DNA from: Erysipelotrichaceae bacterium
GTDB taxonomy: Bacteria > Bacillota_I > Bacilli_A > RFN20 > CAG-826
Direction of reading: 5' to 3'
Length of the DNA: 64,000 nt
Assembly (NCBI GenBank): GCA_034932745.1
Contig: JAYFOJ010000001.1
Coordinates: forward strand, 69,451-133,450
Made by a program: the position numbers and the translations under genes. Below the pieces are notes generated by a model. It ran no database searches, was not told the DNA's origin, and saw nothing but the letters and a program-made list of their open reading frames with translations. Of the stretch, positions 28,208 to 39,371 are shown piece after piece (the first letter of the stretch is position 1; the number at the start of each line of letters is the position of its first letter).

Positions 28208-29575
28208 ATGACATTGAGCAATAAAGATAAAAATGTAGTAATTCAAGTTCGCGACCTTTCACTTGGATTTACCACTCGTGGCAAAAAGATTCATGTCTTA
28301 AGAGACATCTCTCTTGATATTATTGAAGGCGAGACTCTTGCAATCGTTGGAGAATCTGGTTCAGGCAAATCAGTATTTACGAAGGCCTTTACAGGAATGT
28401 TAGACGCCAATGGTTTTATTAGTAGTGGATCAATTATCTTCCACGGTAAAGACTTAGTTAAGTTCAAAGAGAATAAAGAGTGGCTACAGATTCGTGGTCG
28501 TAAAATTGCAACTATCTTCCAAGATCCGATGACATCTTTAAATCCACTATTCACGATTGGATATCAGATTTCCGAAGTTTTAAGACTTCACTCAAAACCG
28601 ACAAAGAAACAATTAGAAAACTTTAAAATACGTAAAAAACAAGAGGATTTAGAAGAAGAATCCAAGATTCAAAAAATGACCAAGGTTCAAAAAACCGAAT
28701 ATCTTCTCAACAAGAAAAAAGAAAAAGAGAATCTTTTCAACACATTGTACGAGAAGGCTTTTAATGATTTAACTGAAAGCGAAAAGAAAAACCCAATAGC
28801 AAGATTTAAACTTCGTCGAGAAGTAGCGGTTGAAACCAAAGATGCTTGGATTGGTAAACCACGCGGAATGTCTCAACACGAAGCTAAAAAAGAAGCCATC
28901 AACCTTCTTCGCAAAGTTCAAATTCCAAATGCTGAAGATCGATATAATGATTACCCATTCCAATATTCTGGTGGTATGAGACAAAGGGTTGTCATCGCTA
29001 TTGCCTTAGCTTGCCGCCCAGAAGTCCTTATTTGTGATGAACCAACAACAGCGTTGGACGTCACTGTCCAATCTCAAATCATCCAACTCATTAAAGAGTT
29101 ACAAAAAGATTACCATTGGACCACTATTTTTATTACGCACGATTTGGGTGTCGTCGCCAATGTCGCCGATCGTATCGCCGTTATGTATGGTGGACAAATT
29201 GTTGAATACGGTACCGCAGAAGATATCTTCTATCGTCCTGCACATCCATATACTTGGGCGCTTTTATCCTCTTTGCCGCAACTAGGCAGTAAAGAAGAGC
29301 CTTTAAGTTTCATCCCAGGTAATCCGCCGTCATTTGCCTCTGAGATTATTGGAGATCCGTTTGCGGATCGTAATAGATATGCTTTGCGCATCGACTTTTT
29401 ATCTAACCCACCAATGTTTAAGATTAGTGAAACTCACTGCGCTAAAACATGGTTGTTAGACCCACGAGCACCACAAGTCGAAAAGCCAAAAGTAATCGTC
29501 GAGCTTCGCGAAAGAATGGCAAAAGCCGCCGATGAATTATTAAGACACGAAGGAGGAAACGCTAATGAAAAGTAG
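28208..29575 (+). CDS. oppD: oligopeptide ABC transporter ATP-binding protein with ~100 aa insertion
   Basis: Walker A (GESGSGKS), signature (YSGGMRQR), Walker B ([11 protein letters not shown]). GGAGGA SD 7 nt before the ATG at 28208. Confidence 0.9.
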   Translation: MTLSNKDKNVVIQVRDLSLGFTTRGKKIHVLRDISLDIIEGETLAIVGESGSGKSVFTKAFTGMLDANGFISSGSIIFHGKDLVKFKENKEWLQIRGRKIATIFQDPMTSLNPLFTIGYQISEVLRLHSKPTKKQLENFKIRKKQEDLEEESKIQKMTKVQKTEYLLNKKKEKENLFNTLYEKAFNDLTESEKKNPIARFKLRREVAVETKDAWIGKPRGMSQHEAKKEAINLLRKVQIPNAEDRYNDYPFQYSGGMRQRVVIAIALACRPEVLICDEPTTALDVTVQSQIIQLIKELQKDYHWTTIFITHDLGVVANVADRIAVMYGGQIVEYGTAEDIFYRPAHPYTWALLSSLPQLGSKEEPLSFIPGNPPSFASEIIGDPFADRNRYALRIDFLSNPPMFKISETHCAKTWLLDPRAPQVEKPKVIVELRERMAKAADELLRHEGGNANEK

Positions 29576-30581
29576 TAAGAATAAAACTTACGTTCCAAAA
29601 GTGGATGAATTTGCGATTTCTCAACGTGAACACCCAGATAAAGACATCGTCAAAATGAAAGATGTAAAAATATCTTTTAAAATTGGTTCTCAAGAAAGAG
29701 TTATTATCAATCACTTGAACCTCAACATTAAACGCGGAGAGATTCTTGGATTAGTTGGAGAATCAGGATCAGGCAAAACCACTATTGGTCGTGCCATTAT
29801 TAGAATCAATCCTGTTAGAAGCGGTGAGATTCTTTATAACAATGTTCCGATTTCCGGCAAGATATCAAAAGATCGCGAAAGATTGCTTAAAACTAAAGTT
29901 CAGATGATATTTCAAGATCCATCTGCTTCCTTAAACGAAAGAGCAAATATCGACTATGTCATTTCCGAAGGCTTAAGAGCTTATCACCTATACGATTCGG
30001 AAGAGGATCGTATGGCAAAAGTAACCGCTATTTTGGAAAAGGTTGGATTAAGACCAGAATTCCTTTCTCGATATCCACATGAATTCTCTGGTGGTCAAAG
30101 ACAAAGAATCGGCATTGCTCGTTGCATGATTATGAAGCCAGAGTTCGTCATCGCTGACGAACCTATTTCTGCTCTTGATATGTCGATTCGTGCCCAAGTT
30201 CTGAACTTAATTAAGCAGTTCCAAAAAGAAGATAATTTAACTGTTTTATTTATCGCTCACGACTTATCTGTCGTTAAGTATATTTCCGACCGTATTGCAG
30301 TTATTTACGCTGGAAAGCTAGTCGAATTAGCTTCTGCCGAACGTTTATTCCAAGCTGCGCTTCATCCATATACGAAGTCATTGCTTTCTGCAGTTCCAAT
30401 CCCAGATCCACAAATCGAAAAGAAGAAGAAGATTGTTGTTTATGATCCATCTATTCATAACTATACAGAAACCAATGTTCCTGAATTTTTAGAAATAGAA
30501 CCAGGACATTTTGTCAGGGCGAGTAAACAAGAATTTGAAAAATACAAAAAAGAACTTAAAAGATTGGCAGGTGGAAAATAA
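29565..30581 (+). CDS. oppF: oligopeptide ABC transporter ATP-binding protein
   Basis: Walker A (GESGSGKT), signature (FSGGQRQR), Walker B ([10 protein letters not shown]). Confidence 0.9.
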   Translation: MKSSKNKTYVPKVDEFAISQREHPDKDIVKMKDVKISFKIGSQERVIINHLNLNIKRGEILGLVGESGSGKTTIGRAIIRINPVRSGEILYNNVPISGKISKDRERLLKTKVQMIFQDPSASLNERANIDYVISEGLRAYHLYDSEEDRMAKVTAILEKVGLRPEFLSRYPHEFSGGQRQRIGIARCMIMKPEFVIADEPISALDMSIRAQVLNLIKQFQKEDNLTVLFIAHDLSVVKYISDRIAVIYAGKLVELASAERLFQAALHPYTKSLLSAVPIPDPQIEKKKKIVVYDPSIHNYTETNVPEFLEIEPGHFVRASKQEFEKYKKELKRLAGGK

Positions 30582-32650
30582 TGGCAGAACGAGATAAATA
30601 CGAAATGATGGAAGTTCTTACCAAAGAGCAAGAACAAGAAGCCGAACGCCGCCGTAAAGCAAAGAAAAAGAACTATATTATCGGCCTTTCATTTACTGGT
30701 GTTTTCGCTATCGCCTTGATGGTGATATACGTTTTGTCCGCCAATGTTTGGCTTGTCGATTATGAAAACATGTCTTACATTACTTTCACTTACCCGGCTT
30801 TAGTCGAAGATGGTGAAGAAGTTACAGCGACTATTACTTCGATCAAAACAACAAGTAATTATCCTTCAGAATTTAGAATTCCAAGTCAAATCAACGGATA
30901 TAGAGTAACCGCTATTGGCGACAATGCCTTTGCGGGTTGCAATCGTTTAACCAAGGTTATTATGACCGACAATATTAAAAGTATTGGTTCATATGCCTTT
31001 GCAGGTTGTGAAAATCTTTCTAGCATCACCTTTTCAAAGAACATTGAAACATTAGGTACAAATGCTTTTCAAAATACATATTTCTTTGATCATTTACCTT
31101 CAGATTCCGTTAGCGCTATCCATGGTATTCTCTTCCATGTTGGCGCATCTGTTGTTCCAAATAACACCATTATTTTAGAAAACCATGATTCAGTAGCTCC
31201 TAGTAAATACGCTACTGGATACAACATTATCTATATGGATGACTGGGTCGCGCGCGGTGATTCACAAATTAAGGTTTGGAGCGATGGCTTATTCCTTAAT
31301 ATGGAAGGATTGGTCTATTGCGAGCTCCCAAACATTAAGACATTTACAACTGTTCCAGTAGATACGTTTGAAAATTGCATTAATCTTGAGGGAGTTAGTT
31401 TCCCTGAATCGATCACTAAAGTGGAAGATAGTGCCTTTATGGGCTGCTCGTCTTTAGAAAACATTCAGATCTCAAGTCATATCGAGAATATTGGTAACTA
31501 CGCCTTCGCTTCTTCTGGTGTCGTAAATCCTGTTCTACCAGAAACCTTGGCCACTATTGGTAATGGTGCATTTTCTGGTTGCGAAAATATAACTGAAATC
31601 AATTGGCCAGAAACCCTTACTTCTATTCCTGAAGCCATCTTCGAGAATTGCATTAATCTTACAACCTTTAACTTAACCGACGCATCTTATCAAAATGTTA
31701 AGAATTTAGGCAATAGTGCGTTTAGTAACACCAAACTTACAACTTTCGATATTCCGATGAATGTTTCAACAATTGCTGATTCTTTATTCGCCGATTCGGC
31801 AAGTCTTACGACTGTCCGCGCTTATAAAGGCGAAATTTCATATGATAAACACGGAAATGAAGTGTCGACTGGCGTTGGTCGTATCAATAGAGGCGCCTTT
31901 AATGGGTGTACATCTTTTGATTCCTTGATTCTAATCGATGAAAACCGTCAAGTTCTAACTAATGCTCATGAAGTCAATTTCCCTGTTACATGTCGAAATG
32001 TCGCAGGAGACTTATCAATTTTTGGCAACACAGCGATTACTAAAGTTACGATTCCATCGCAATTGACATCGACTGGTTATTTAATGTTTGCCCATAACGT
32101 AAACTTGACCGAAGTTATCTTCGAAAGCAAGAGAGTTGGTTCAACCCTACAAGGTACGACCAAAATCGAATATCGTTCATTCTACGATTGCCCAAATCTC
32201 ACTACGATTACTCTTCCTGATAGCGTTGTCACTATCGAACAAGGAGCTTTTGAAGACTGCATTAATTTAGAGACGCTCAATCTTCCAATGGGAGATTCAA
32301 CTTATCACGTCGTCCGCTCTGATACCTTTAAAAATCTCGTCAAATTATCTCACTTAGTTCTCTCTCCTGGAGTTAACAAAATCGAAACAGGAGCATTCTA
32401 TGGCAACTACGCTTTAGACTATGTCATTATCCCAACAACCGTTGGTAAAGACCTCGGAATTAACTATCGCGCATTTAATAAATGCCGTCCAACTGGCTCT
32501 TCTAGCAAAATGCCAATCTTCTTAAATGTCGGCATGGATGAAATAAGTGCAGCGAAAGTAATCGATGGTTGGTATGATCCAGATACATGCCAAGTTTATT
32601 GGAAGAATCAATGGAATTATGTGGGTGGAGTTCCTACTCCAATCATTTAG
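30581..32650 (+). CDS. BspA-type leucine-rich-repeat surface protein with N-terminal membrane anchor
   Basis: Repeated IGxxAFxxCxxLxxIxxPxxxxxI units of LRR_5/BspA type. N-terminal TM. TAATG overlap with the oppF stop. Confidence 0.75.
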   Translation: MAERDKYEMMEVLTKEQEQEAERRRKAKKKNYIIGLSFTGVFAIALMVIYVLSANVWLVDYENMSYITFTYPALVEDGEEVTATITSIKTTSNYPSEFRIPSQINGYRVTAIGDNAFAGCNRLTKVIMTDNIKSIGSYAFAGCENLSSITFSKNIETLGTNAFQNTYFFDHLPSDSVSAIHGILFHVGASVVPNNTIILENHDSVAPSKYATGYNIIYMDDWVARGDSQIKVWSDGLFLNMEGLVYCELPNIKTFTTVPVDTFENCINLEGVSFPESITKVEDSAFMGCSSLENIQISSHIENIGNYAFASSGVVNPVLPETLATIGNGAFSGCENITEINWPETLTSIPEAIFENCINLTTFNLTDASYQNVKNLGNSAFSNTKLTTFDIPMNVSTIADSLFADSASLTTVRAYKGEISYDKHGNEVSTGVGRINRGAFNGCTSFDSLILIDENRQVLTNAHEVNFPVTCRNVAGDLSIFGNTAITKVTIPSQLTSTGYLMFAHNVNLTEVIFESKRVGSTLQGTTKIEYRSFYDCPNLTTITLPDSVVTIEQGAFEDCINLETLNLPMGDSTYHVVRSDTFKNLVKLSHLVLSPGVNKIETGAFYGNYALDYVIIPTTVGKDLGINYRAFNKCRPTGSSSKMPIFLNVGMDEISAAKVIDGWYDPDTCQVYWKNQWNYVGGVPTPII

Positions 32651-32663
32651 GAGATATAAGAAT

Positions 32664-33554
32664 ATGAAAAAACTATTTAAATATTTAGCACTTCCGCTTC
32701 TTGTAATCTCTTTAGCGTCTTGTAACGATGTCGAAACTCCATCTAGTGAAGTTCCACTACAAGACAACTGGCTCGAAGAAGACTTATCGACGATGTCTTC
32801 AGTTCTTGGTTCAGGCAATATTATTCCTTTTAGTGGACTATTTGTCCAAGAAGGTAATGAATATGCAGTAGTCGAATATTCTAGCGTCAATAAAGTCGCG
32901 GTGGAGTGTTTGTTACCTACTATTCAATACGACGAAGAGGGACACATTTTCTATAATCCTTTAACAGATGTCGATGCTTATAAGGATTTATGCGTTGAAA
33001 GTGGCTTTACTTTAAATAACTCATTATCAAACATCGATAGCCATGACTTCTATTTATCAAAGAATGTGATAAGCACTGATAATGTCGATAGCGAAATGTG
33101 GCTTAACATTTATTTTACAGATGCTAACTACTTGATCGCTGATGCATGGATTGAAACGACACTAAACGTTAATGTATGGCCTTCTAGAACTAATTTGAAC
33201 GCTTCTTATCAGGGCAATGATAACTTATTATCTATTGCAGAGATGCTCGGAAAATCCGAAAGCGATATCTTCACTCCGGCGATTACTTCCTATAGTTCGA
33301 TTGTTTATCGTGCTACACTCAAGAACAATAATGTTTATGTAAGTTTATTAATAAGCACCGCTAGTAGCGGAGACTTAGATAAATTTGTTGCCGATTTAGG
33401 CAATGCCTCGTTTGCTATCGATAGCAGCAATTCAACTGCTGAACAAGATGACTATTATAACAATGTCACCAAACTCGATTGCTTCATCGATAAAGCCTCC
33501 ACTGATGTCGGTGGCGGAATTCATTCATTTAAAGTAACGTTCATTGCGTATTAA
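32664..33554 (+). CDS. hypothetical lipoprotein
   Basis: Lipobox LASC. AGGAGAT SD upstream of the ATG at 32664. The track start at 32565 is too early. Confidence 0.7.
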   Translation: MKKLFKYLALPLLVISLASCNDVETPSSEVPLQDNWLEEDLSTMSSVLGSGNIIPFSGLFVQEGNEYAVVEYSSVNKVAVECLLPTIQYDEEGHIFYNPLTDVDAYKDLCVESGFTLNNSLSNIDSHDFYLSKNVISTDNVDSEMWLNIYFTDANYLIADAWIETTLNVNVWPSRTNLNASYQGNDNLLSIAEMLGKSESDIFTPAITSYSSIVYRATLKNNNVYVSLLISTASSGDLDKFVADLGNASFAIDSSNSTAEQDDYYNNVTKLDCFIDKASTDVGGGIHSFKVTFIAY

Positions 33555-33571
33555 AATATCCACAAATTAAA

Positions 33572-33597
33572 AGTCTCCAGAAACGGAGACTTTTTTA
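33572..33597. terminator. bidirectional rho-independent terminator
   Basis: Stem gtctcc/ggagac flanked by an A-run and a T-run, between convergent genes. Confidence 0.65.
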
Positions 33598-35118
33598 TTT
33601 TTCTTCTATCTGAATTTCTTTTCTTTTTACGAAAGAAGATACGAGGTTCTCCTTCATTAATAACAATGAGCCGATATATATAATAGCGTCGATTAGAACG
33701 ATAACTATGAGCGCTAATCCTTTTGATAGTTCAGAGTTTACTGGAATACTTCCGCTCCAAAGGGCCGTAATACTAAATTGTGAGTTATTAAGAGCAAGAG
33801 TAACTGCGAGAATTAGAATTGTGGCTAATAACAACTTTAGTGTATTTGCATTAAATAAAGCCTTTGAGGACCATTTCCATGTCTTGATGAGTAAAAATGC
33901 AAGAACTAGAACATCGGTGAAAACAGTGCCTATTGCGACGCCGATAGCGGGGGATAGACCATTATTAGCAAACGCTAATCCTAAAACAATTGATAACGCA
34001 ACATTGACTATTGTTCCTATTAGCATCGCTATTAGATAATATTTCTCTTTTTTCATCGGAATTAGTATTTGCCCATAGATTATGTCGCTTAAAGAGTAAG
34101 TGAGCATCATCGAAGAAAGAATTATCAAAATCATCGGCGCACTTTGATAACCGCTTTCGCCGGAGATTAATGAACAGATGTTATTTGACATTGCAGCCAT
34201 TGTTACTACTGCTGGTAAAACGATGAAAAAGCAGATATTCATCGAATATCTATTCAGATTATTAAAGTACTTCTTGTCTTCCTTGCCATAATAGTAAGTA
34301 CTTCGAGGAATGAAAACAGTCGACAAAGACGCCAAAACACCAATAACGATTTCAATTCCTTTAATACCAACAGCGTAGCTACCTACTTCAACCTTTGTTG
34401 GGTCGATTAGTCCAAGAATAAATGAATCCGTTTGATTGTATAAAGCAAGAATAATCGACAAGGTAAAAAGAATACTTAATGGTTTAATGTATTGTTTATA
34501 GTTATAAGGCATTGTTTTCTTAAAACTAATGTACTTAGTAGCGTAAAGCATGTTTGCGATACTGGTAAAAATTGTTGATCCTGCTGTTATTAAAGCATAA
34601 ATGTAAACGTGATCTTGGTTTTTAACCATTGCGACGATGAGAATCGCAGAAATTGCCAAAATAACAATAGATCTAACCGACATATAAAACTGTTTTTCTA
34701 AAGCGATAAATAGCCATTCAAACGAGAACGCGCCAGCGACAAAGTTAACCGATAATAAAAGAGTAATCGTCGACGCACTTTGAAATACGGGGACTGTTAA
34801 AATGAGACTACATAAGAGAATGAATGATAGAATCGTCGTTATTCCTTGGAGAATAAAGAAAGCTTGAACTTTGTTGGAAAGTTTTTCTTTGTCATCTCTT
34901 ACGGAAACGCATTCTCTTATCGCTAAGTTCGGAATACCGATTTTGGCGAGTATTAGAAAATAATACGCAATGGCATTAGCCCAAGTGTATAGACCTAGTT
35001 GAGCATCGCCTAGAACGCGACACACATAAGGGAACGTCAAAAACGAGAGAAGGGTCAACGCAACCGTTCGAATGATATTAACGACGACATTAGTTCTTAT
35101 GCTATCTTTCATTATCAC
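33595..35118 (-). CDS. polysaccharide biosynthesis protein / Wzx-type flippase (MOP superfamily)
   Basis: Size 507 aa with about 14 TM helices and an N-terminal region typical of oligosaccharide flippases. An alternative ATG start lies at 35112. Confidence 0.8.
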   Translation of the reverse strand: MIMKDSIRTNVVVNIIRTVALTLLSFLTFPYVCRVLGDAQLGLYTWANAIAYYFLILAKIGIPNLAIRECVSVRDDKEKLSNKVQAFFILQGITTILSFILLCSLILTVPVFQSASTITLLLSVNFVAGAFSFEWLFIALEKQFYMSVRSIVILAISAILIVAMVKNQDHVYIYALITAGSTIFTSIANMLYATKYISFKKTMPYNYKQYIKPLSILFTLSIILALYNQTDSFILGLIDPTKVEVGSYAVGIKGIEIVIGVLASLSTVFIPRSTYYYGKEDKKYFNNLNRYSMNICFFIVLPAVVTMAAMSNNICSLISGESGYQSAPMILIILSSMMLTYSLSDIIYGQILIPMKKEKYYLIAMLIGTIVNVALSIVLGLAFANNGLSPAIGVAIGTVFTDVLVLAFLLIKTWKWSSKALFNANTLKLLLATILILAVTLALNNSQFSITALWSGSIPVNSELSKGLALIVIVLIDAIIYIGSLLLMKENLVSSFVKRKEIQIEEK

Positions 35119-35197
35119 CTATTATACTTAACCATTTTTAGTTTTAAAATCGTAAAAAGATACTAGACGTTCTTTTTATTTGCTAGAATTGTGTCAA

Positions 35198-36376
35198 ATG
35201 AAAATTCTTATCGTTTGTCAGTTTTATTATCCAGAGAACTTTGTGATTTACAAAATAGCCGAAACTTTGAAGAGTTTTGGTCATGATGTTCACGTCCTAA
35301 CTGGTAAGCCAAATTACGGATATGGATACATCCTTCCTGAATATAAGCATGTAATCGATGAAGAAATTAATGGAGTTAAAGTCCATCGCGTCAACCTATA
35401 CCCAAGAAAAGATTCTCGAATTTCAATTATTAAGAATTATTTGTCTTTTTGGAAAAATTCGAAGAAATGGGTTAAAAAAACAAAAATTAAATTTGATGTC
35501 GTTTATTCGATGTCTCTTTCTCCAGTGACAATTTTAGCCGCTGGTAATCTATATAAGAAAAAATATGGAGTTCCACATGTTTGCCATTGTGTCGATTTGT
35601 GGCCCGAGTCAGTGCTAGTCACTAACGCTGTAAAAGAAGGTTCATTAGCTTATAGAATTCTTTACCATTGGTCGAAAAAACTATATGAAGGATGCGATCG
35701 AATTTTAGTCGGATCCCCATCTTTTAAAGATTATTTCGTCAATAAACTAAAAATGTCTGGTGAAAACATCGTTTATATTCCTCAACCATCGTTGGTCGAT
35801 GATAGCGAAAGCATTAAGCCGTATAGTCTAGGCGAAGGATTCAATATTCTTTATTGTGGAAACCTTGGAAGAATTCAATTGGTAGAGATGATTCCGAACG
35901 CGATGAAATTAGTAAAGAATCCAGATGTAAGATTTCACGTCATTGGGATGGGACCGATGACTAATGAGTTTTTAAAACGCATTGCGGATTTGAAACTCGC
36001 TAATAAAGTTATTTATCATGGTCCGCTTCCTGCTCAAAAGGCGGCGCCATATTTTAAATCTGCAGATGCTTTATTTGTTTCTTTAAAATCCGAAGGTGTA
36101 GCTGGCAAAACCATTCCCAATAAATTAATTATGTCGATGGCGTTCAGCAAGCCAATTTTAGGAATGTTAGAGGGCGATGGGAAAGATGTTTTAAAGAAAT
36201 CTGGCGGCGCCATATTTGCTGATCAAAACGAACAGTCATTAGCAGAAGCGATTCAGGCCATATCTACGGTTTCTTCCCTTACATTAAAAAAACTCGGCGC
36301 ATTAAACCGAGCTTATTACGAGGACAATTTCGAACTAGAAAAAGTTGTTCGAGAAATCGAAAAATATCTAATCTAA
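35198..36376 (+). CDS. glycosyltransferase family 4
   Basis: GT-B fold with an N-terminal MKILIVCQFYYPE start and a C-terminal GT1-type domain. Confidence 0.8.
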   Translation: MKILIVCQFYYPENFVIYKIAETLKSFGHDVHVLTGKPNYGYGYILPEYKHVIDEEINGVKVHRVNLYPRKDSRISIIKNYLSFWKNSKKWVKKTKIKFDVVYSMSLSPVTILAAGNLYKKKYGVPHVCHCVDLWPESVLVTNAVKEGSLAYRILYHWSKKLYEGCDRILVGSPSFKDYFVNKLKMSGENIVYIPQPSLVDDSESIKPYSLGEGFNILYCGNLGRIQLVEMIPNAMKLVKNPDVRFHVIGMGPMTNEFLKRIADLKLANKVIYHGPLPAQKAAPYFKSADALFVSLKSEGVAGKTIPNKLIMSMAFSKPILGMLEGDGKDVLKKSGGAIFADQNEQSLAEAIQAISTVSSLTLKKLGALNRAYYEDNFELEKVVREIEKYLI

Positions 36377-37525
36377 TTTCTTTAGGAAATCATTTACTTT
36401 CTTATTAACAGATTTTAAAGAATACAAATCGTGGACTTTTTCTTTTGCTTTGTCTCCAAGAGCTTTTCTTTCTTCTTTGGTTAAAGAAACGACATGTTCA
36501 AGAGCTTTCGCTAATTCTTTATCAGAACTCGATTTAGACCAAATGATCAAATCACCGATGACTTTTTGTAACTTACTATTCTTAACCGAAATTGTCGGAA
36601 CGCCACTTTCGAGATACTCAAGAGTCTTGGATGGAATTGAATAACGATCTAAATCTTCTGAGAATGGTCGAGGGTTAATATTCGCAATTGCGCCTTTTTC
36701 ATAGGCATAGCACTCATCTACCGTTATCGCACCTAGGTACTTGATATTCTTATCTCCGCCTATCGCGTCATTTATTCCTTTTACATCTGCGTGATGACCA
36801 GAAATCATTAACTTATAACCCTTGTTGGTTTTGCTAAATAATCTAAAGGCTTTAATTAAATCGTAAATGCCATATCTAGCGAGTAATGCACCGCCGAAAA
36901 AGAAATACTTTCCGATTTTCTCTTTTGGATTTGATAAGTTTTCTTCGACTATACCTTCTAAAATAAGCGATGGTTTTTTACTTACATTAAATAGTTCATC
37001 GAGTCCAGTTGTGAGAGCGATATAACCAGAATAAGCATTTGTGTGGCTTAATAAATAGACGGTATAAGATCTAGTCGTGCCGGTAATGTTTGAAGGTGAA
37101 TCAGTGCATAAACCGACGACTCTTAGTTTCTTTCTTTTTAAAGAGTGTTTGGCAAAGTGAACGATTGCGGGGTTAATGGTATCGACGAAAACTATTGTGT
37201 CATCCTTTGCATATTTTTTGACAAGAGTATTGACTTGTCGGTGACCATTTATCAGTTTGCGGAAGATATCTCTTTGAATCGCGATGTAATGCCAAGAGAT
37301 ATTTCCATCTTCTTTTTCTTCTTTCTTTAAATTTTTCAAATCGCACAACGATTTAGAAAAAGGACGAACAGAAATTACATCAATGCGATTATTAATGGCT
37401 AAAGATCGGATCATTTTATTATGAAAATTTTGATTTGAAGGATTAGGAGAAGACTTCCAGTGGGGAAGGTAGTTAGCAAAATCGTCCTTGTCCATTGCAG
37501 TGGTTATATAAATAATGTGTCTCAT
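36368..37525 (-). CDS. glycosyltransferase (GT-B, GT4-like)
   Basis: Size 385 aa with a C-terminal GT1-like region. Overlaps the downstream GT gene by 4 nt. Confidence 0.65.
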   Translation of the reverse strand: MRHIIYITTAMDKDDFANYLPHWKSSPNPSNQNFHNKMIRSLAINNRIDVISVRPFSKSLCDLKNLKKEEKEDGNISWHYIAIQRDIFRKLINGHRQVNTLVKKYAKDDTIVFVDTINPAIVHFAKHSLKRKKLRVVGLCTDSPSNITGTTRSYTVYLLSHTNAYSGYIALTTGLDELFNVSKKPSLILEGIVEENLSNPKEKIGKYFFFGGALLARYGIYDLIKAFRLFSKTNKGYKLMISGHHADVKGINDAIGGDKNIKYLGAITVDECYAYEKGAIANINPRPFSEDLDRYSIPSKTLEYLESGVPTISVKNSKLQKVIGDLIIWSKSSSDKELAKALEHVVSLTKEERKALGDKAKEKVHDLYSLKSVNKKVNDFLKKLD

Positions 37526-38625
37526 TTTTTGAGTTCCTCTAGTTCGTGATAAATGATTTCAGTCATTTTTTCGATTGTGTTTTCTTTTGCGACACTAATC
37601 GCGTAAGCCCCCATATCTTCTTTAATGTTATCCATTGCATGAGTTATTTTGTCCTCATCATCACATGGAACAATATAGCCATTTTTTCCATCCTTGACTA
37701 GATTTAAAGATGAAACAACCATGTTGCTTGAAATAACTGGTAATCCTTGAGATAAAGATTCATTAGTGGTGTGCCCGTAGATATCTTCTTTTGAAAGAGT
37801 GATAAAACAATCACATGAGCGCATTATTTTGAATAATATTTTCTTATTAACAAAATCGACAATGTGAACATTGCTAATGTTGTTTTTTATAATATATTGC
37901 TCGTATAGGTGTTTTTCTTCTCCACTACCAATTAAAAGAAGATGCTCTTTACGATCTTTAAATATGCTAATTAACTGAATGTTATTTTTTCGTTTAATAA
38001 ATTGCGTAGGGGAAACAAAAAGCATTCCACTTGGAAGATTGAATTCTTTTCGAATCTCATCTTTTTGTTCACGAGTTAGCGGAGCATCTAAAACTTCTTT
38101 TTCAAATATCGTGGAATTTGGATAACGGAGAATATCGTTTTTTCTAGCTCCGTAATGAATTAAATACTTATCTGTTTCTTCACTTGGAGAGAAATAGCGG
38201 TAGGCCGAAGAGACAATTCTTCTTTTAATAAATCTTTTGATAAATCCATCATCGTGAATAATTCCGCCATTAACAAAAAGAAGCCATTTGACTTTCTTTT
38301 TATTCAAGAAATTAATCGCGCGCATTTCGGTAATCGTCGAATAACCATTCATTATGATGAAATCGTAAGAGGTGTAATTTTGTTTTAAAAATCTAACTAA
38401 TTCACCGGTGTTACTGTTTTCTTCGCCGAAGGCACCATTGTTTAAAAAATGAGCTTTAAACTTGAAATCGTTCTTAAGGTAAAAGCGATAGTCTCTGTTG
38501 CTACATTTTCTTCTTTCAAAGACGACTTCGAGATCTATTTTCTTTGATAATTCATCGAAAAAATTCACCTTATAAGGTGCGGGATGATTGAAAACAATTA
38601 GGATTTTCATATCAACATTATACAC
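37522..38625 (-). CDS. glycosyltransferase family 4
   Basis: MKILIVFNHPAPY start and a C-terminal EX7E-like region (GHTTNESLSQGLPVISS). GTG start with an AAAGGT SD, or ATG at 38610. Confidence 0.75.
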   Translation of the reverse strand: MYNVDMKILIVFNHPAPYKVNFFDELSKKIDLEVVFERRKCSNRDYRFYLKNDFKFKAHFLNNGAFGEENSNTGELVRFLKQNYTSYDFIIMNGYSTITEMRAINFLNKKKVKWLLFVNGGIIHDDGFIKRFIKRRIVSSAYRYFSPSEETDKYLIHYGARKNDILRYPNSTIFEKEVLDAPLTREQKDEIRKEFNLPSGMLFVSPTQFIKRKNNIQLISIFKDRKEHLLLIGSGEEKHLYEQYIIKNNISNVHIVDFVNKKILFKIMRSCDCFITLSKEDIYGHTTNESLSQGLPVISSNMVVSSLNLVKDGKNGYIVPCDDEDKITHAMDNIKEDMGAYAISVAKENTIEKMTEIIYHELEELKK

Positions 38626-38668
38626 TTTTTACCTTTATGTAAAAGAATAGCAATGGTAGTATAGAGCC

Positions 38669-39349
38669 ATGTCGAGAAGTTATAAAACATGGAACGATTT
38701 CTTTGAAAGTATCAAAGATAAGACATACTCAAAAGAGTTACATGAATTCTTAAATCAAGAATATTCTTGCCATGTTTGTTATCCGCCAAGACAAAAGGTG
38801 TTTAATGCATTTATGCTCACGCCTTTGAATAATGTCAAAGTTGTCATCATTGGGCAAGATCCATATCACGAACCTAATCAAGCTATGGGACTAGCTTTTT
38901 CTGTCCCTAATGGCATTGATTTACCTCCATCTCTAATTAATATTTATAAAGAAATAAGCAACGAATATAATGTGCCAGTATCTCGTAATGGAGATCTATC
39001 TTATTTAGCCACTCAAGGTGTGCTATTGCTCAATGCATCTTTGTCTGTAAGAAAAGCAGAACCGCTTTCACATAACATCCCTCAATATAAGGAGTTTTTA
39101 AAAGATGTATTGATGGTTTTAGATGGAATTGATAATCCAATGGTTTTTCTTTTGTGGGGCGGAAATGCAAGAAAACTCAAGGAATATGTTCATAATCCGA
39201 AACACCTAGTTTTAGAAAGTGTTCATCCTTCGCCTTTATCCGCCAATCGCGGCGGATGGTTTGGCAATAATCATTTCCGAAAAACGAACGAGTTTTTAAA
39301 AGCTAACGATATCGAAGAAATTAATTGGATAAAAAGTAGCAATAATTAA
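38669..39349 (+). CDS. ung: uracil-DNA glycosylase
   Basis: GQDPYH motif (VVIIGQDPYHEPNQAMGLAFSV) and an HPSPLS motif. Confidence 0.9.
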   Translation: MSRSYKTWNDFFESIKDKTYSKELHEFLNQEYSCHVCYPPRQKVFNAFMLTPLNNVKVVIIGQDPYHEPNQAMGLAFSVPNGIDLPPSLINIYKEISNEYNVPVSRNGDLSYLATQGVLLLNASLSVRKAEPLSHNIPQYKEFLKDVLMVLDGIDNPMVFLLWGGNARKLKEYVHNPKHLVLESVHPSPLSANRGGWFGNNHFRKTNEFLKANDIEEINWIKSSNN

Positions 39350-39371
39350 ACTCATATAATATAATAACCAC

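Noticed and set aside
32565-32663. Upstream extension of the lipoprotein ORF overlapping the LRR gene
   Set aside because: The signal peptide with its lipobox begins at the ATG at 32664, which is preceded by an AGGAGAT SD. The extension merely overlaps the LRR gene's 3' end.
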